From the IMG/VR virus record IMGVR_UViG_3300022602_000028: a stretch of DNA of 64,000 nt; one strand, 5' to 3'. The position numbers were made by a program, and so were the translations under genes. The stretch's first letter is position 1; every line of letters starts with the position of its first letter. Shown here piece by piece: positions 27,828-38,100 of this stretch. The notes below the pieces were generated by a model. The model ran no database searches, was not told where the DNA came from, and worked only from the letters and a program-made list of their open reading frames with translations. This DNA is from a virus.

Positions 27828-30028
27828 TAAATGACTCCGGTATAGATGATATAATTAAGAGTTGCATACGGATTCATCACATTCAATGCATTTCCTAACG
27901 TAGTATTTTGATCTGGAATTACTCCTCCGCTGTTTGGAAGACCTGAACCGGTACTAAAATTAGGTAAACCATATGAAGGAATTGCTGCCGGATCAGGTAC
28001 ACCAGTTGGCAGACCTGGAGCATAATACTGCGCGGCACTACTACTTAAATTATGCTTGTGGTCTGGTAGGTTTTTAGTTGCGATTGTAACTTGCTGAGTA
28101 CCTGAACCTGTTCCTAAAGTTTTACCAGTAATATCTGAAACACGGTTAGCAGAACCACCGCCGGCATTTACTAATGTTCCAGATCCGTCCGAGCTTGGAA
28201 CTTCCTGTCCGTTATTCATATCATCTTTACCTAACGGGAATCTACCTCTAAGATCAGGTAATCCAAATGTTCCAAATCCAATTAACGAACTAGCAGGTTT
28301 ATAAGTATACCCAATTATGCTGAACAAGGTTGAATATTTTGATGTTAGAACTTCGCTGCCATCGCATAACAAATAACCTGTAGGAACTGAACTAGCAGAT
28401 CCAGCATAAGGAAAAATAACTCCTACTGGAATCTGTGGAATATGATTAAACAAGACTTGTTTAGTCATATTAATTAAACCAACAGATGGTCTGTATACTA
28501 ATAGTTGATCAGTTACTAATGAATCAGCCGCTGATTGTTTCGTTGATATAAAATCAGGGCTGATAACAGTATTTAAATAAGCGGTTCCATTAGTAGTTTG
28601 GCCAGTAAATGCTGTTCCGCCATCGCTACTAGCTACATCGCCTTGTAAAATAAATTCTGTGGCACTTGCTAGTCTTGCGGCCGATCCACTTATGCTACCT
28701 TGTAGTGTACCAGTAAAAGTTCCAGTAAAATTTCCTACAAATGTATTAGCATAAATGTTTCTAAAACTATAAGAACTGCTACCAATATCATATATGCCGG
28801 TTGTAGTTGGTAATAACGCTGATCCTGTCTGTGGGATTCCGTTCGAATCAAGCCAATTTAAATATAATTGTCCGTTAATTGTAGTGTCATCGCCTAATGC
28901 AGTTTTTTTAGCTACTTTCAAACCACCTAATGTTTGTATACTTGGACCCCCGGGATCAGTTATTCCAGTGCTTAAATCTCCTACATCATTAGTTCCGTTA
29001 ACTAATAATCTTCCAAATAAACTAGATGCAGTATCATTGCCAATGTTTACTTGGCCTATAACATCTAAGGTTGCCTGAGGGCTTGAATTATTTTTTCCTA
29101 CACCAATTTTTAAAGTAGAATCAATATATAATGCAGTATATGGCACATTTGACTGTGTAACTCTAATACTCATACTCTTATTACTAGAGTTGTTATACAG
29201 AATTCCGTTACCTGTATTATCTGTTACCAAACTAACACTTAATGCACTTCCAACTGTTATACCGCCGTTAGCTCTTACACTAATAGGAAAACTACTAACA
29301 TCTGAAATATCTTTTCTTAAAAAATTAGTAGACGCCACTGCGGATCCATTATACAATAATGAAGCTGCCTGCTGTGCAGTTCCCCATAATCCTGCACTAA
29401 GACCATCTGATGGATCTGCATCAGTACTAATTGTATATAAATTAATACCTTTATTAATTGATGCGAACCCAAGTAACGTTGACTTAGGAGTAAAAGAATC
29501 CTGACTAATGATTGCTACACGATTATTATTTGAATAAATGGTAACAACGCTATGAGAAACATTAACACTATCAATAATATTTTCAACTTGCGGGCCAGTT
29601 AAAGTACCTTGACTAAATTGAGGCCCAACTAAAACCCAATTACTACCTGTAAAAATATACAATTGGCTATTTGTAGTGTCAGTCCATAAATCTCCTGCCA
29701 CACTATTTGCCGGTGCAGGTTGTTGACTGCTTGCACTTTTCTTTACTGATCCTGCCGCAGTCCATGTAGTACCGTCATAAATTTTTAATAAATGAACACC
29801 GCTAGTATTATCATACCATAACTGACCTTCTACAGGATTGCTAGGCGCAGTATTAGACGCAAAGTTTTCTAATAAATGTAAAAAATCGTTAGCAACAATA
29901 GGAGCATAACCTGCATAATTTTTTCCAACAAATGTTAAACTAGTTTGATTATTAAGAGCTTGATCAGCTACTGTAATTGGCGGTTTAGCAGGATTTGTTG
30001 AATCAGTAAACGTAACTTGATATGGCAT
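27827..30028 (-). CDS. short tail fibre with phage tail collar domain (gp12-like)
   Basis: PVGVIFPYAG...PTGYLLCDG...Y..LFSIIG...FGLPDLRGRFPLG collar motif; MNPY..LNYII terminus. Confidence 0.8.
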   Translation of the reverse strand: MPYQVTFTDSTNPAKPPITVADQALNNQTSLTFVGKNYAGYAPIVANDFLHLLENFASNTAPSNPVEGQLWYDNTSGVHLLKIYDGTTWTAAGSVKKSASSQQPAPANSVAGDLWTDTTNSQLYIFTGSNWVLVGPQFSQGTLTGPQVENIIDSVNVSHSVVTIYSNNNRVAIISQDSFTPKSTLLGFASINKGINLYTISTDADPSDGLSAGLWGTAQQAASLLYNGSAVASTNFLRKDISDVSSFPISVRANGGITVGSALSVSLVTDNTGNGILYNNSSNKSMSIRVTQSNVPYTALYIDSTLKIGVGKNNSSPQATLDVIGQVNIGNDTASSLFGRLLVNGTNDVGDLSTGITDPGGPSIQTLGGLKVAKKTALGDDTTINGQLYLNWLDSNGIPQTGSALLPTTTGIYDIGSSSYSFRNIYANTFVGNFTGTFTGTLQGSISGSAARLASATEFILQGDVASSDGGTAFTGQTTNGTAYLNTVISPDFISTKQSAADSLVTDQLLVYRPSVGLINMTKQVLFNHIPQIPVGVIFPYAGSASSVPTGYLLCDGSEVLTSKYSTLFSIIGYTYKPASSLIGFGTFGLPDLRGRFPLGKDDMNNGQEVPSSDGSGTLVNAGGGSANRVSDITGKTLGTGSGTQQVTIATKNLPDHKHNLSSSAAQYYAPGLPTGVPDPAAIPSYGLPNFSTGSGLPNSGGVIPDQNTTLGNALNVMNPYATLNYIIYTGVI

Positions 30029-30038
30029 TTGCTACCCC

Positions 30039-30656
30039 TTAAACTGACACTAGGCCAGTTAAACTTTGTAATCTCACAGTATAATCAATTTGAATAAGTC
30101 TATTAAGACTTTTTTGAACTGGATGAAAAATTACGTGAGTTAATAAAAGCGGATTGCCACTGGCGCTATAACTAACTAAACCTAGCTCGTCGAACACAAA
30201 AGTACTATTGTTATTGTTAGTATTATCAAATGCGCTCTGTCCAGAACCATTGCCATCGCCGTAATCTAATAAACAAGTTACAAATACATCACTATAGTTT
30301 GTACCAGTAACATGCCTAACTTCCATATAATTTCTAGTAGGATCAGTATTGCTAGTAGAATTTTGATTAACTATTTTAGAATAAGTTTGATTGTATAAAC
30401 TAGCATTACTTCCGCTACTGTTTGGAGTAAAATATGTAATAATTCCTGTAGGATCAATTGCAGTTCCGCCGTTGCCAAATGCCATTTGGCTAATAAATCC
30501 GCCATCAGTGTTGTTGGATAAGCTATTGGCTAATGCTGTACTAATGTTTTCGTAATGAATTGCATTACGTTTATTAATATAGATTTCTTTACTTTCAGGA
30601 TCCCATATTTTAATATGTCCCTCAATGTGGATTCCGGTTAGGTCTTTACTCTGCAT
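30039..30656 (-). CDS. hypothetical virion protein
   Basis: 205 aa in the baseplate block with its own late-promoter motif. Confidence 0.65.
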   Translation of the reverse strand: MQSKDLTGIHIEGHIKIWDPESKEIYINKRNAIHYENISTALANSLSNNTDGGFISQMAFGNGGTAIDPTGIITYFTPNSSGSNASLYNQTYSKIVNQNSTSNTDPTRNYMEVRHVTGTNYSDVFVTCLLDYGDGNGSGQSAFDNTNNNNSTFVFDELGLVSYSASGNPLLLTHVIFHPVQKSLNRLIQIDYTVRLQSLTGLVSV

Positions 30657-30676
30657 GTTGGTCTCTCTTTATCTTA

Positions 30677-30700
30677 TATTTATGCGTATTCATTATGTGC
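30677..30700 (-). promoter_or_regulatory. putative late promoter GCACATAAT-N8-ATAAATA
   Basis: Same architecture at 52893-52916 and 59199-59222. Confidence 0.55.
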
Positions 30701-30704
30701 TAGT

Positions 30705-32345
30705 TTAATCCGTTCTTGCACCGGTTGATATTCGGGGGTATGCCGGTCCATTAGGCCTAAAACCAAAATTTTGTTTAGGGTATGTTTGTCCTGTATGGAA
30801 TAATTTATAAATTTGATCAGCTTTTGGACTGCCTAATCCTGTCACAGCATCCCATCCAGCAGTGCAAACATAGCCAGTAGAGTAACCGTCTCTGTTGTTT
30901 CCAGTGGTTACGTCGTTGAATAGTGTTGTGCTGTTAGCATAAAATGTTGTCATATTAAAGGGTATTCGATAACCTAATAGTTGTGTTAGGCGCACCCATA
31001 GGCCTGCAAGAAATGGAGCGGCAGCACTGGTACCTCCATACTGTACTTGTGATCCTTGCGCACTACTTGTGCCGCCAATATAAAATTGATACCCTGTGTT
31101 AGGATCAGCAGGAGCACTCCAATCAGGAACACCTCTGTAAGGCAACGAAGTTGGAGTTCCCAATCCTGATGAGTTAGATCCTGTAGTAGTCGTATATGTT
31201 AGTCCAGACTGCCAACTTGGAACTGCAACACTGGAACTATGTCCTCCACCAGTTGCTCCGTTATGATTTGATCCGTTTGAACCTTGACCAGTGCCAGCAC
31301 TATCTCCCCATGCTACTTCGGCCGTAAGTGCATTAGATCCGTTAAGTGTTACATTTGTGCCGCCTGCTGATACAATGTATTGACTACAAACTGTTGCTGC
31401 CATACTTAAATTAACTGCGCCGCTATCGCCTGCACTGACAAAAAATGTTATTCCCTTAACAGTGCCTGATTGAAACGCTGTATCATAACTGGTAGTATCG
31501 CCTAGGCCCCAACTGATACTTAATACGCTAGGATTGTTTGTGGTATCGTTTACTGCGGCATTAATAACATCTGTTATACTTCCGCCGTTTTGTCCAATAT
31601 AATAAACTATTTTTGCTTTAGGTGCGGCAGCTCCGGCACAGTATATATCTAGCATGCTTTCAGCAGTTGATGTAGAATTTACAGTTACTCCATCTACAAT
31701 TACTGTAGTTATAGAGGGAGAAGTTAAACCAATTCTACTAAAACTAGCAGTAACATCAGGTTGTTGCCAACCTTCCGGACTTCCGCTATATGTTAACTCG
31801 AATATACCGATACATCCCCCGTAGCCATCTCCGGCAGGAGCATTGTAGGCAGTACACATCTGCACTGGAGTAACTGCTGATCCTCCATATGAACTTCCTA
31901 ATTCAGGATGAGATGCATCATGTTGAACTGCATGATTAGTTGCAATAAAACTTTGATCAAATCCAAATAAATCTCTTACTGCTGGAGAAATTTCTGCAGG
32001 AATAATAACCGGTGTTGTATTTTTTATATAAGTTCGATTGTTGTCTGTTATTTCTTGCAATGTTACAGAAAATAAATCTTTAAGATGTCCTAAAGTACCT
32101 TGTATTTTAATAGTTGCAATAGCAGATTCTGCCATAATTATTGTTAAATTATTTTCTACAGCCCAGTTAGATACTAATTGCATGTTGTATTCAGTAGTGC
32201 CAAATTGATATGCAAATTCCTCGTGACCTAAAATAGGATGAGTACCCGCTAATACAGCATCAGCATATTCCTTTAATGTCATTCCATTATCATGGATGTC
32301 ATTATGCAAATATATGCTTAATTGAAATGTTTGATTGTAATCCAT
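30705..32345 (-). CDS. S53 (sedolisin/kumamolisin) serine-carboxyl peptidase with propeptide
   Basis: ESMLD (catalytic Glu/Asp), SAGDSG (oxyanion Asp), YGGTSAAAP (catalytic Ser), PYRGVPD, GWDAVTGLGSP (Ca site); N-terminal pro-domain. Confidence 0.88.
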   Translation of the reverse strand: MDYNQTFQLSIYLHNDIHDNGMTLKEYADAVLAGTHPILGHEEFAYQFGTTEYNMQLVSNWAVENNLTIIMAESAIATIKIQGTLGHLKDLFSVTLQEITDNNRTYIKNTTPVIIPAEISPAVRDLFGFDQSFIATNHAVQHDASHPELGSSYGGSAVTPVQMCTAYNAPAGDGYGGCIGIFELTYSGSPEGWQQPDVTASFSRIGLTSPSITTVIVDGVTVNSTSTAESMLDIYCAGAAAPKAKIVYYIGQNGGSITDVINAAVNDTTNNPSVLSISWGLGDTTSYDTAFQSGTVKGITFFVSAGDSGAVNLSMAATVCSQYIVSAGGTNVTLNGSNALTAEVAWGDSAGTGQGSNGSNHNGATGGGHSSSVAVPSWQSGLTYTTTTGSNSSGLGTPTSLPYRGVPDWSAPADPNTGYQFYIGGTSSAQGSQVQYGGTSAAAPFLAGLWVRLTQLLGYRIPFNMTTFYANSTTLFNDVTTGNNRDGYSTGYVCTAGWDAVTGLGSPKADQIYKLFHTGQTYPKQNFGFRPNGPAYPRISTGARTD

Positions 32346-32346
32346 A

Positions 32347-35088
32347 TTAATTTTCTAATTTTAAATATGTTATGGTTACAGTTATAGTATTTGTACCACC
32401 GCTGTTATTATAAATTTTCAAATACATATTTGTTCCAACAGTACCGTCATTATTAAATCCATACACTGCTGGAGTAAAATACGTCGTAGTTGCTATTGTT
32501 GTAATTGCTTCGGCTACCACTCCGCTACCTGGAGTAGGGTCTGTTGTAATTGTCCTTGAGCTATCTGCAGACTGTGCTGAACTACTGGTATAAACTGTTA
32601 CCCAAGCTCCTGCATTAACTTGAATACTGTATAGTGCATAACCTTTTGCCGCTGTTACTGTTGCCGTAGCACTTGTACCATTGGCTAAACTTGCTGTCGT
32701 AGTTGATACAGTTGCTCTACTACTTAAGGCACCGCCAAGAGTTGGAGCAGCCGTAATTACTCCGTTATTAATAGTAATTGTAGAGCCGTCAATCTTAACT
32801 CCACCTAATGTACTAGTTGATGCAGTAGGCAATGTGTAAGTCACTGCTCCGCTAATAATACCATTGTTAATAGTGATTGATGACCCGTCTACTTTAACAA
32901 CACCTGCGATACTAGTACTTGCAACTGGAACACTTATAACTCCACCGCTAATAGTAATCGTAGTGTTATCAACTTTAACTCCACCCAATTGACTTGAAGT
33001 CGCTGTTGCAATTCCAATCGTACCGCTTGTATTTGTAATGCCACTAGTGCCAACTGCTGGTATAATCACTCCGCCTAGTGTAGTAGTAGTTGCGGCCGAT
33101 AACTGGGCGGCTGGAGTAAACTGAAACACGTTACCACTTAAACTTAAAGCTCCGCCTCCGCTAGCACTATTTGTAGTAACACTATAAGAAGGAACTGATG
33201 GAATTACTGGAGGAGTATAAGTGAAAACAGTTCCAAGTAAACTTACACTACCGTTTCCGCTTGGACTACTTGTCTGTACACTATAAGTAGGAACGCTAGC
33301 AGGAGTAAATGTAAATGTACTTCCACTTAAACTTAAACTGCCACCACCGCTGGCGCTATTTGTTTGTACAGTATATGTTGGAACAGTTGGTATTGCTGGG
33401 GGCGTATAACTGAATACATTTCCGCTTAAACTCAATCCCCCGTATCCACTTGGACTATTTGCTTGTACACTATAAGTAGGAATATTAGCAGGTGTAAATG
33501 TAAATGTAGTCCCATTTAAACTTAAACTACCGCCGCCAGATGAAGATAAACTATTTGATACTGTGTAACTAGGAACACTTGCCGGTGTAAATGTAAATAT
33601 ACCGTTACTATAACTAAGGCTTCCGCCACCGCTAGCAGGACTTCCGGTAACTATACTTAAACTAGTATTTTGAAGTGGTGTATATCCTAATGCAGAAATT
33701 ACCTGACTACCTGTAATGGTTGTTAGATAACTTGATAAGTTTGGAGGGGTAAATGTAAACACTCCATTTAAGTAACTTAGTGATCCACTACCGTTTGCAG
33801 ATTGAGTTGTTACGCTTAAACTATTAACGTTAAGATAATTTGATAAGTTAGGAGGTGTAAAAGTAAATGATCCTGCAGAATAACTTAATGAGCCGTTGCC
33901 GCTTGCAGTTACCGTTGACACACTAAGACTGTTAAGAGATATTGGAGTATAGCCCAATGCTGTTATTACTTGACCATTAGTTAACGATCCTCCGTAGACT
34001 CCTGTAATAGTACCAGCCGTGCCGCTGACATTTCCAGTTACATTTCCAGTTACATTTCCAATTAAGTTACCCGTAAACGAACTAGCAACTAAAGGAATAT
34101 TACTTGTAAAACTAGTATTTGATGCGGTATATAAAAAACTAGCAGGAGTTGCGGGCCCGTTTACAACTATTCCGCTGCCATCGCTAAGTGCGCTACTAGT
34201 ACTACCGTTACTAACAACAATAGTTTTATTAGCTACATTTAATGTGCTTGTACTTGTGCTAGTTGTTGATCCTGTTACTGTTAAATCTCCAGTAATTACT
34301 GTATTTCCAGTAACATTTAAGCCAGTTAATGTGCCAACTGTTTGCAAACTAGAATTTATTACTGTACTAGGCAATGTAGTTAAACTGCTAGCAATACTAA
34401 CCGCAGGAATTGTAATATTTGTCGTACCATCAAAATTAATTCCATTAATTGTTCTAGCAGTTTGTAATGCGGTAGCAGTTCCTGCATTACCGGTAATATT
34501 AGTAACTGTTGCCGGAGGAGTAAATGTAAATAATCCAGTAGAGCTGTTGTACGCTATATTACCGGCTCCGCTTGGAGTAACATTTATCACACTTAAATTA
34601 TTCAAACTAATAAATGATGATATGTTTGGCGGTGTATAAGTGAAAACACTTCCGCTCAAACTCAAACTTCCAGTGCCGCTAGCACTGTTGGTTGAAACAG
34701 TATATGTAGGTATCACTGGAGGAGTAAACGTAAATTGATTTGCAGAATAGCTTAATGCTCCGCTTCCGCTAGCAACACCAGTCCTCACTGACAAGCTATT
34801 AGAAGTCAAATAAACAGCTAAGTTTGGAGTATTTGTTAGTTTAGTATAACTTAGGCTAGTAATCCAAGCGGGATCAGCATAAGCCGATGTGGTAACAACA
34901 CCATTAGTAGCTACAAACGGTTGCCAAGTAACTACATTGCCGTCAGTTGTTAAATATTTTCCGCTATTTCCAATCAGTGATGGTATAGAAAGAGAATATA
35001 ACTCAGTAAAATTACTGTTTATTTTGGCAGCTCCCGATTTTAAACTATCGGCAGCTCCCGGTGTTGTATTAATTATTAATTGTGACAT
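32347..35088 (-). CDS. repeat-rich fibre protein
   Basis: KINSNFTELY N-terminus; ATALQTARTINGINFDGT fibre motif; internal tandem repeats. Confidence 0.75.
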   Translation of the reverse strand: MSQLIINTTPGAADSLKSGAAKINSNFTELYSLSIPSLIGNSGKYLTTDGNVVTWQPFVATNGVVTTSAYADPAWITSLSYTKLTNTPNLAVYLTSNSLSVRTGVASGSGALSYSANQFTFTPPVIPTYTVSTNSASGTGSLSLSGSVFTYTPPNISSFISLNNLSVINVTPSGAGNIAYNSSTGLFTFTPPATVTNITGNAGTATALQTARTINGINFDGTTNITIPAVSIASSLTTLPSTVINSSLQTVGTLTGLNVTGNTVITGDLTVTGSTTSTSTSTLNVANKTIVVSNGSTSSALSDGSGIVVNGPATPASFLYTASNTSFTSNIPLVASSFTGNLIGNVTGNVTGNVSGTAGTITGVYGGSLTNGQVITALGYTPISLNSLSVSTVTASGNGSLSYSAGSFTFTPPNLSNYLNVNSLSVTTQSANGSGSLSYLNGVFTFTPPNLSSYLTTITGSQVISALGYTPLQNTSLSIVTGSPASGGGSLSYSNGIFTFTPASVPSYTVSNSLSSSGGGSLSLNGTTFTFTPANIPTYSVQANSPSGYGGLSLSGNVFSYTPPAIPTVPTYTVQTNSASGGGSLSLSGSTFTFTPASVPTYSVQTSSPSGNGSVSLLGTVFTYTPPVIPSVPSYSVTTNSASGGGALSLSGNVFQFTPAAQLSAATTTTLGGVIIPAVGTSGITNTSGTIGIATATSSQLGGVKVDNTTITISGGVISVPVASTSIAGVVKVDGSSITINNGIISGAVTYTLPTASTSTLGGVKIDGSTITINNGVITAAPTLGGALSSRATVSTTTASLANGTSATATVTAAKGYALYSIQVNAGAWVTVYTSSSAQSADSSRTITTDPTPGSGVVAEAITTIATTTYFTPAVYGFNNDGTVGTNMYLKIYNNSGGTNTITVTITYLKLEN
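32757..33093 (-). repeat. four A(T/S)xxxLGGVK-type repeats in the fibre gene
   Basis: ATTTTLGGVI, ATSSQLGGVKVD, ASTSIAGVVKVD, ASTSTLGGVKID. Confidence 0.75.
33105..34797 (-). repeat. 11 degenerate ~30-36-aa repeats (S..SG.GSLS...F(T/S/Q)(F/Y)TP) in the fibre gene
   Basis: Counted from the supplied translation. Confidence 0.8.
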
Positions 35089-35107
35089 TTTTTATGTTTT
35101 TCCTTTG

Positions 35108-38100
35108 TTACCACTGATCTGTATTATCATCGAATCCAGCACTACTATTATCAAACGATCCAGTAAACGTTGTACTAGTTGTTAATCCAACCTTGTCGCT
35201 ATACCAAATACCCGGAGTTGCTTTTAAGAAAGTAGCAATGTTATTATTGTCATACTGAATATTTAACGAACTATCCCAACTTATGCCTTTTCGTCTTACC
35301 ACAGTAATTTGAGTGCCGGCAGGTATTAAATTTGTTAATCGTAAACTTGAATTAACTCCATCTACTGCAAATTCGGCATCTAACTGCACATCCCCAGCTG
35401 GGCTATAAGGTGCAATAGTTTCATTATGAACTTTGTACGGTTTCTTTTTAAGTCTTAAATTTCCGATAAAGAATTGCCAGTTGGCGCTATCTGCCAAGAA
35501 ATTAGTTGAACTAGTATGTGATGTAATGCATCTGTAATTATAAGACGCTACTTTAATTATAATTCCAACTGTATATTCTACATTTGGCATCCAGTCAATT
35601 GCATCATTATAACCTGCGATGAATACTTCAAGCTGGTCGCTCTGACCATACCCGGTAGGTATTGTGCTTGTGAATCCAGTTGAATAAGTCCATATTTCAT
35701 TTGATTTTTCAGGAACGAATGGTAAAGAAACTATATTAGTTCCATCACTAATTATAGTTGTTATTGTAGAAGACTCAGAATAAGGCAGTGTTTCTGATGG
35801 ACCAATATCTTGCACAGGTGTACCTATTGGATGGACTTGAGGCGTTCCAGTTCCTTGTGTACCGCGGCGCAATTGACTCAATGTGTTTCCATCAATTTGA
35901 TAAAACTCAATACGTTCTCCGTAAATTTCAACCACTCCGGGTTTTTGTAAGGCCGTGTTAGGTTTATCAAAATTACTAGCATCGATTACTTGGATTACTA
36001 CATCATTATAATGTAAATCATTAGCTAGCTGTGTTTGTTTATTTTTGCTTAATCTCTTAAAATGAACTCTATTAAGCATATCTTTAAATTGCATATAAGA
36101 AATGCCAGGAGTCAACACATTACTACTGAATGTCATTAAAGAAAATACATCATTAAGAGCTGGTGTTTGAGCCAACCATACATATTTTTTATCGTCTGAT
36201 ATTTTATAATCTAACGAAGGAGTCAATAATGTATTATTATGTGTTATCCATACATACGAATCATTAAGCACTGTTCTATCTAACGGTAATATTCCAGCAC
36301 CAAGGCCCGTGTAATTAAAATATGTTACTGAATTTTGTATGTAAGATATATCAGTTGTAATGTTAAATGCAGTTCTTTGAACATCTAAAATATCATGATT
36401 GTAAAAGCTAATTACTTCTACAACATTTGAAGAATTATAAACATTACTAAAAGATATTTGTTGTGTATTAGGCAAATATGCATAACCATTATTTTGTATA
36501 ATGCTAATAGATAAAATTTGGCCTTGATATAAATTATAATTTTGTTTAGTTATAGTTACAGTTATGCCGCCTAAATTGATTGTATAATCAGTTCCTAGAT
36601 TCAATTTAACTCCAGAAACATATACTAATATATTATCAATAGTAATACTATAAGGAATCGCTCTATCTTCATCTACAGTATAACTAAGTTCATTATTGGC
36701 AATAGTATAATACTGATTTATCGGACTAGACAATATAGTTTGATCTACTCTTACAATCATATTAGATTCTGCTGGAAGTACATTTCCGACTGGATAAAAT
36801 AAATTGTATACTCGATTAACTCCATCTGTTGGAATCTTTTCAGTCTTAGCAATACTGAATGTTTGTTGTGTGCCGCTGACAATTACATAATTTATTACAG
36901 AACCTACAGCAGGAGCAATACCAAATCGTATACCAGTTCGATTTGAAGCCGCATAGGTTGAATCTGTTTTGAATAATTCAATAACTGATGCAACACCGTC
37001 AACATAAACTAAACTTGTTTCATAAGTAGTCCAAGGCGCTTTTGTTAAAAATTCAGTAGTTGATCCATCACCTACAAAAGAATCGATATCTAAAATATTA
37101 GAACCATTAAATCCAAAACTGAATATACTAACTATATTTCCAGCTATTGGAGCAACGTTAAATTTAATCTGTTTATTTTTGTAATCGACTGTATAATCTG
37201 TGTTATATGTAACTATAGAATCGTTATTTTTAACTATAAGAGCTCTGGAATTGTTAATGGGCTGTGTTATATCAAATAGCACAGTATTGCCATCTGCAAT
37301 ATATTTGTCTACTTTTATATTTGCACTACCCGAGTTAGGCTGGTCAAACACTTTAATAGCCAGTGTATCCACTATTTGGCCTGGAACTACTTCTTCAGGT
37401 GCTGGGCTAGTTGTAGGACTAATTAAATCATCACCATCTACAATAATATCTTCAGGTGCCAGACCAGTTGCAGTCGTATAACCCATATCACCACCAGACA
37501 ACGCTGTATCATAATCCTGATCTAATGGCTTAACTGATCCGTCGCTAGTGCTTTGTCTTAAAATAAATCTATCGCCATCTGTTACAATAACTGTATTTGG
37601 TATCGTAATTACACTAGTAATACCATTCATCACTGGAGTACTCATTACTGCATTACTATTAGTTTGCAACATTGTACCGTAATTAGGGTCGTCAATTCTT
37701 ACAGGATCAAAGTAACTCTTAATGATAATATTTGTGCCAGCTGTTAACGGGGCAGATAAAATAGCATTATAATTAGAAAAGATCGGTGATAACGATCTAG
37801 AAAATACTATAGACGAACTATTAAGTATAGTAACAAATGTTATTTGATTTAACGTAACTTCATTAGTTACTGAATTTATTGCAGTAACAACGGTATCTTG
37901 TCCAAACGCTGATACTGCCGACGTAGATACCGCATCACCAATCTGAATACCAGCTACACTAGATAGCGCTAGTATAGTAGATTTAGCCACATTTTTTGTA
38001 AAAGTTAATGTGCCGTTAGGTTGTGTATTTGGAACAATATTTAATTTTAAAGTGGTACTGTTAATTACCGATACCACTTGTTGCAATGGAACAAGTGTAA

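Noticed and set aside
32757-34797. Possible CRISPR or guide-RNA array in the periodic sequence
   Set aside because: Repeats are in frame, degenerate at third codon positions, and protein-level; there are no identical direct repeats with spacers.
23658-35088. Diversity-generating retroelement acting on fibre tips
   Set aside because: No reverse transcriptase and no template/variable repeat pair seen.
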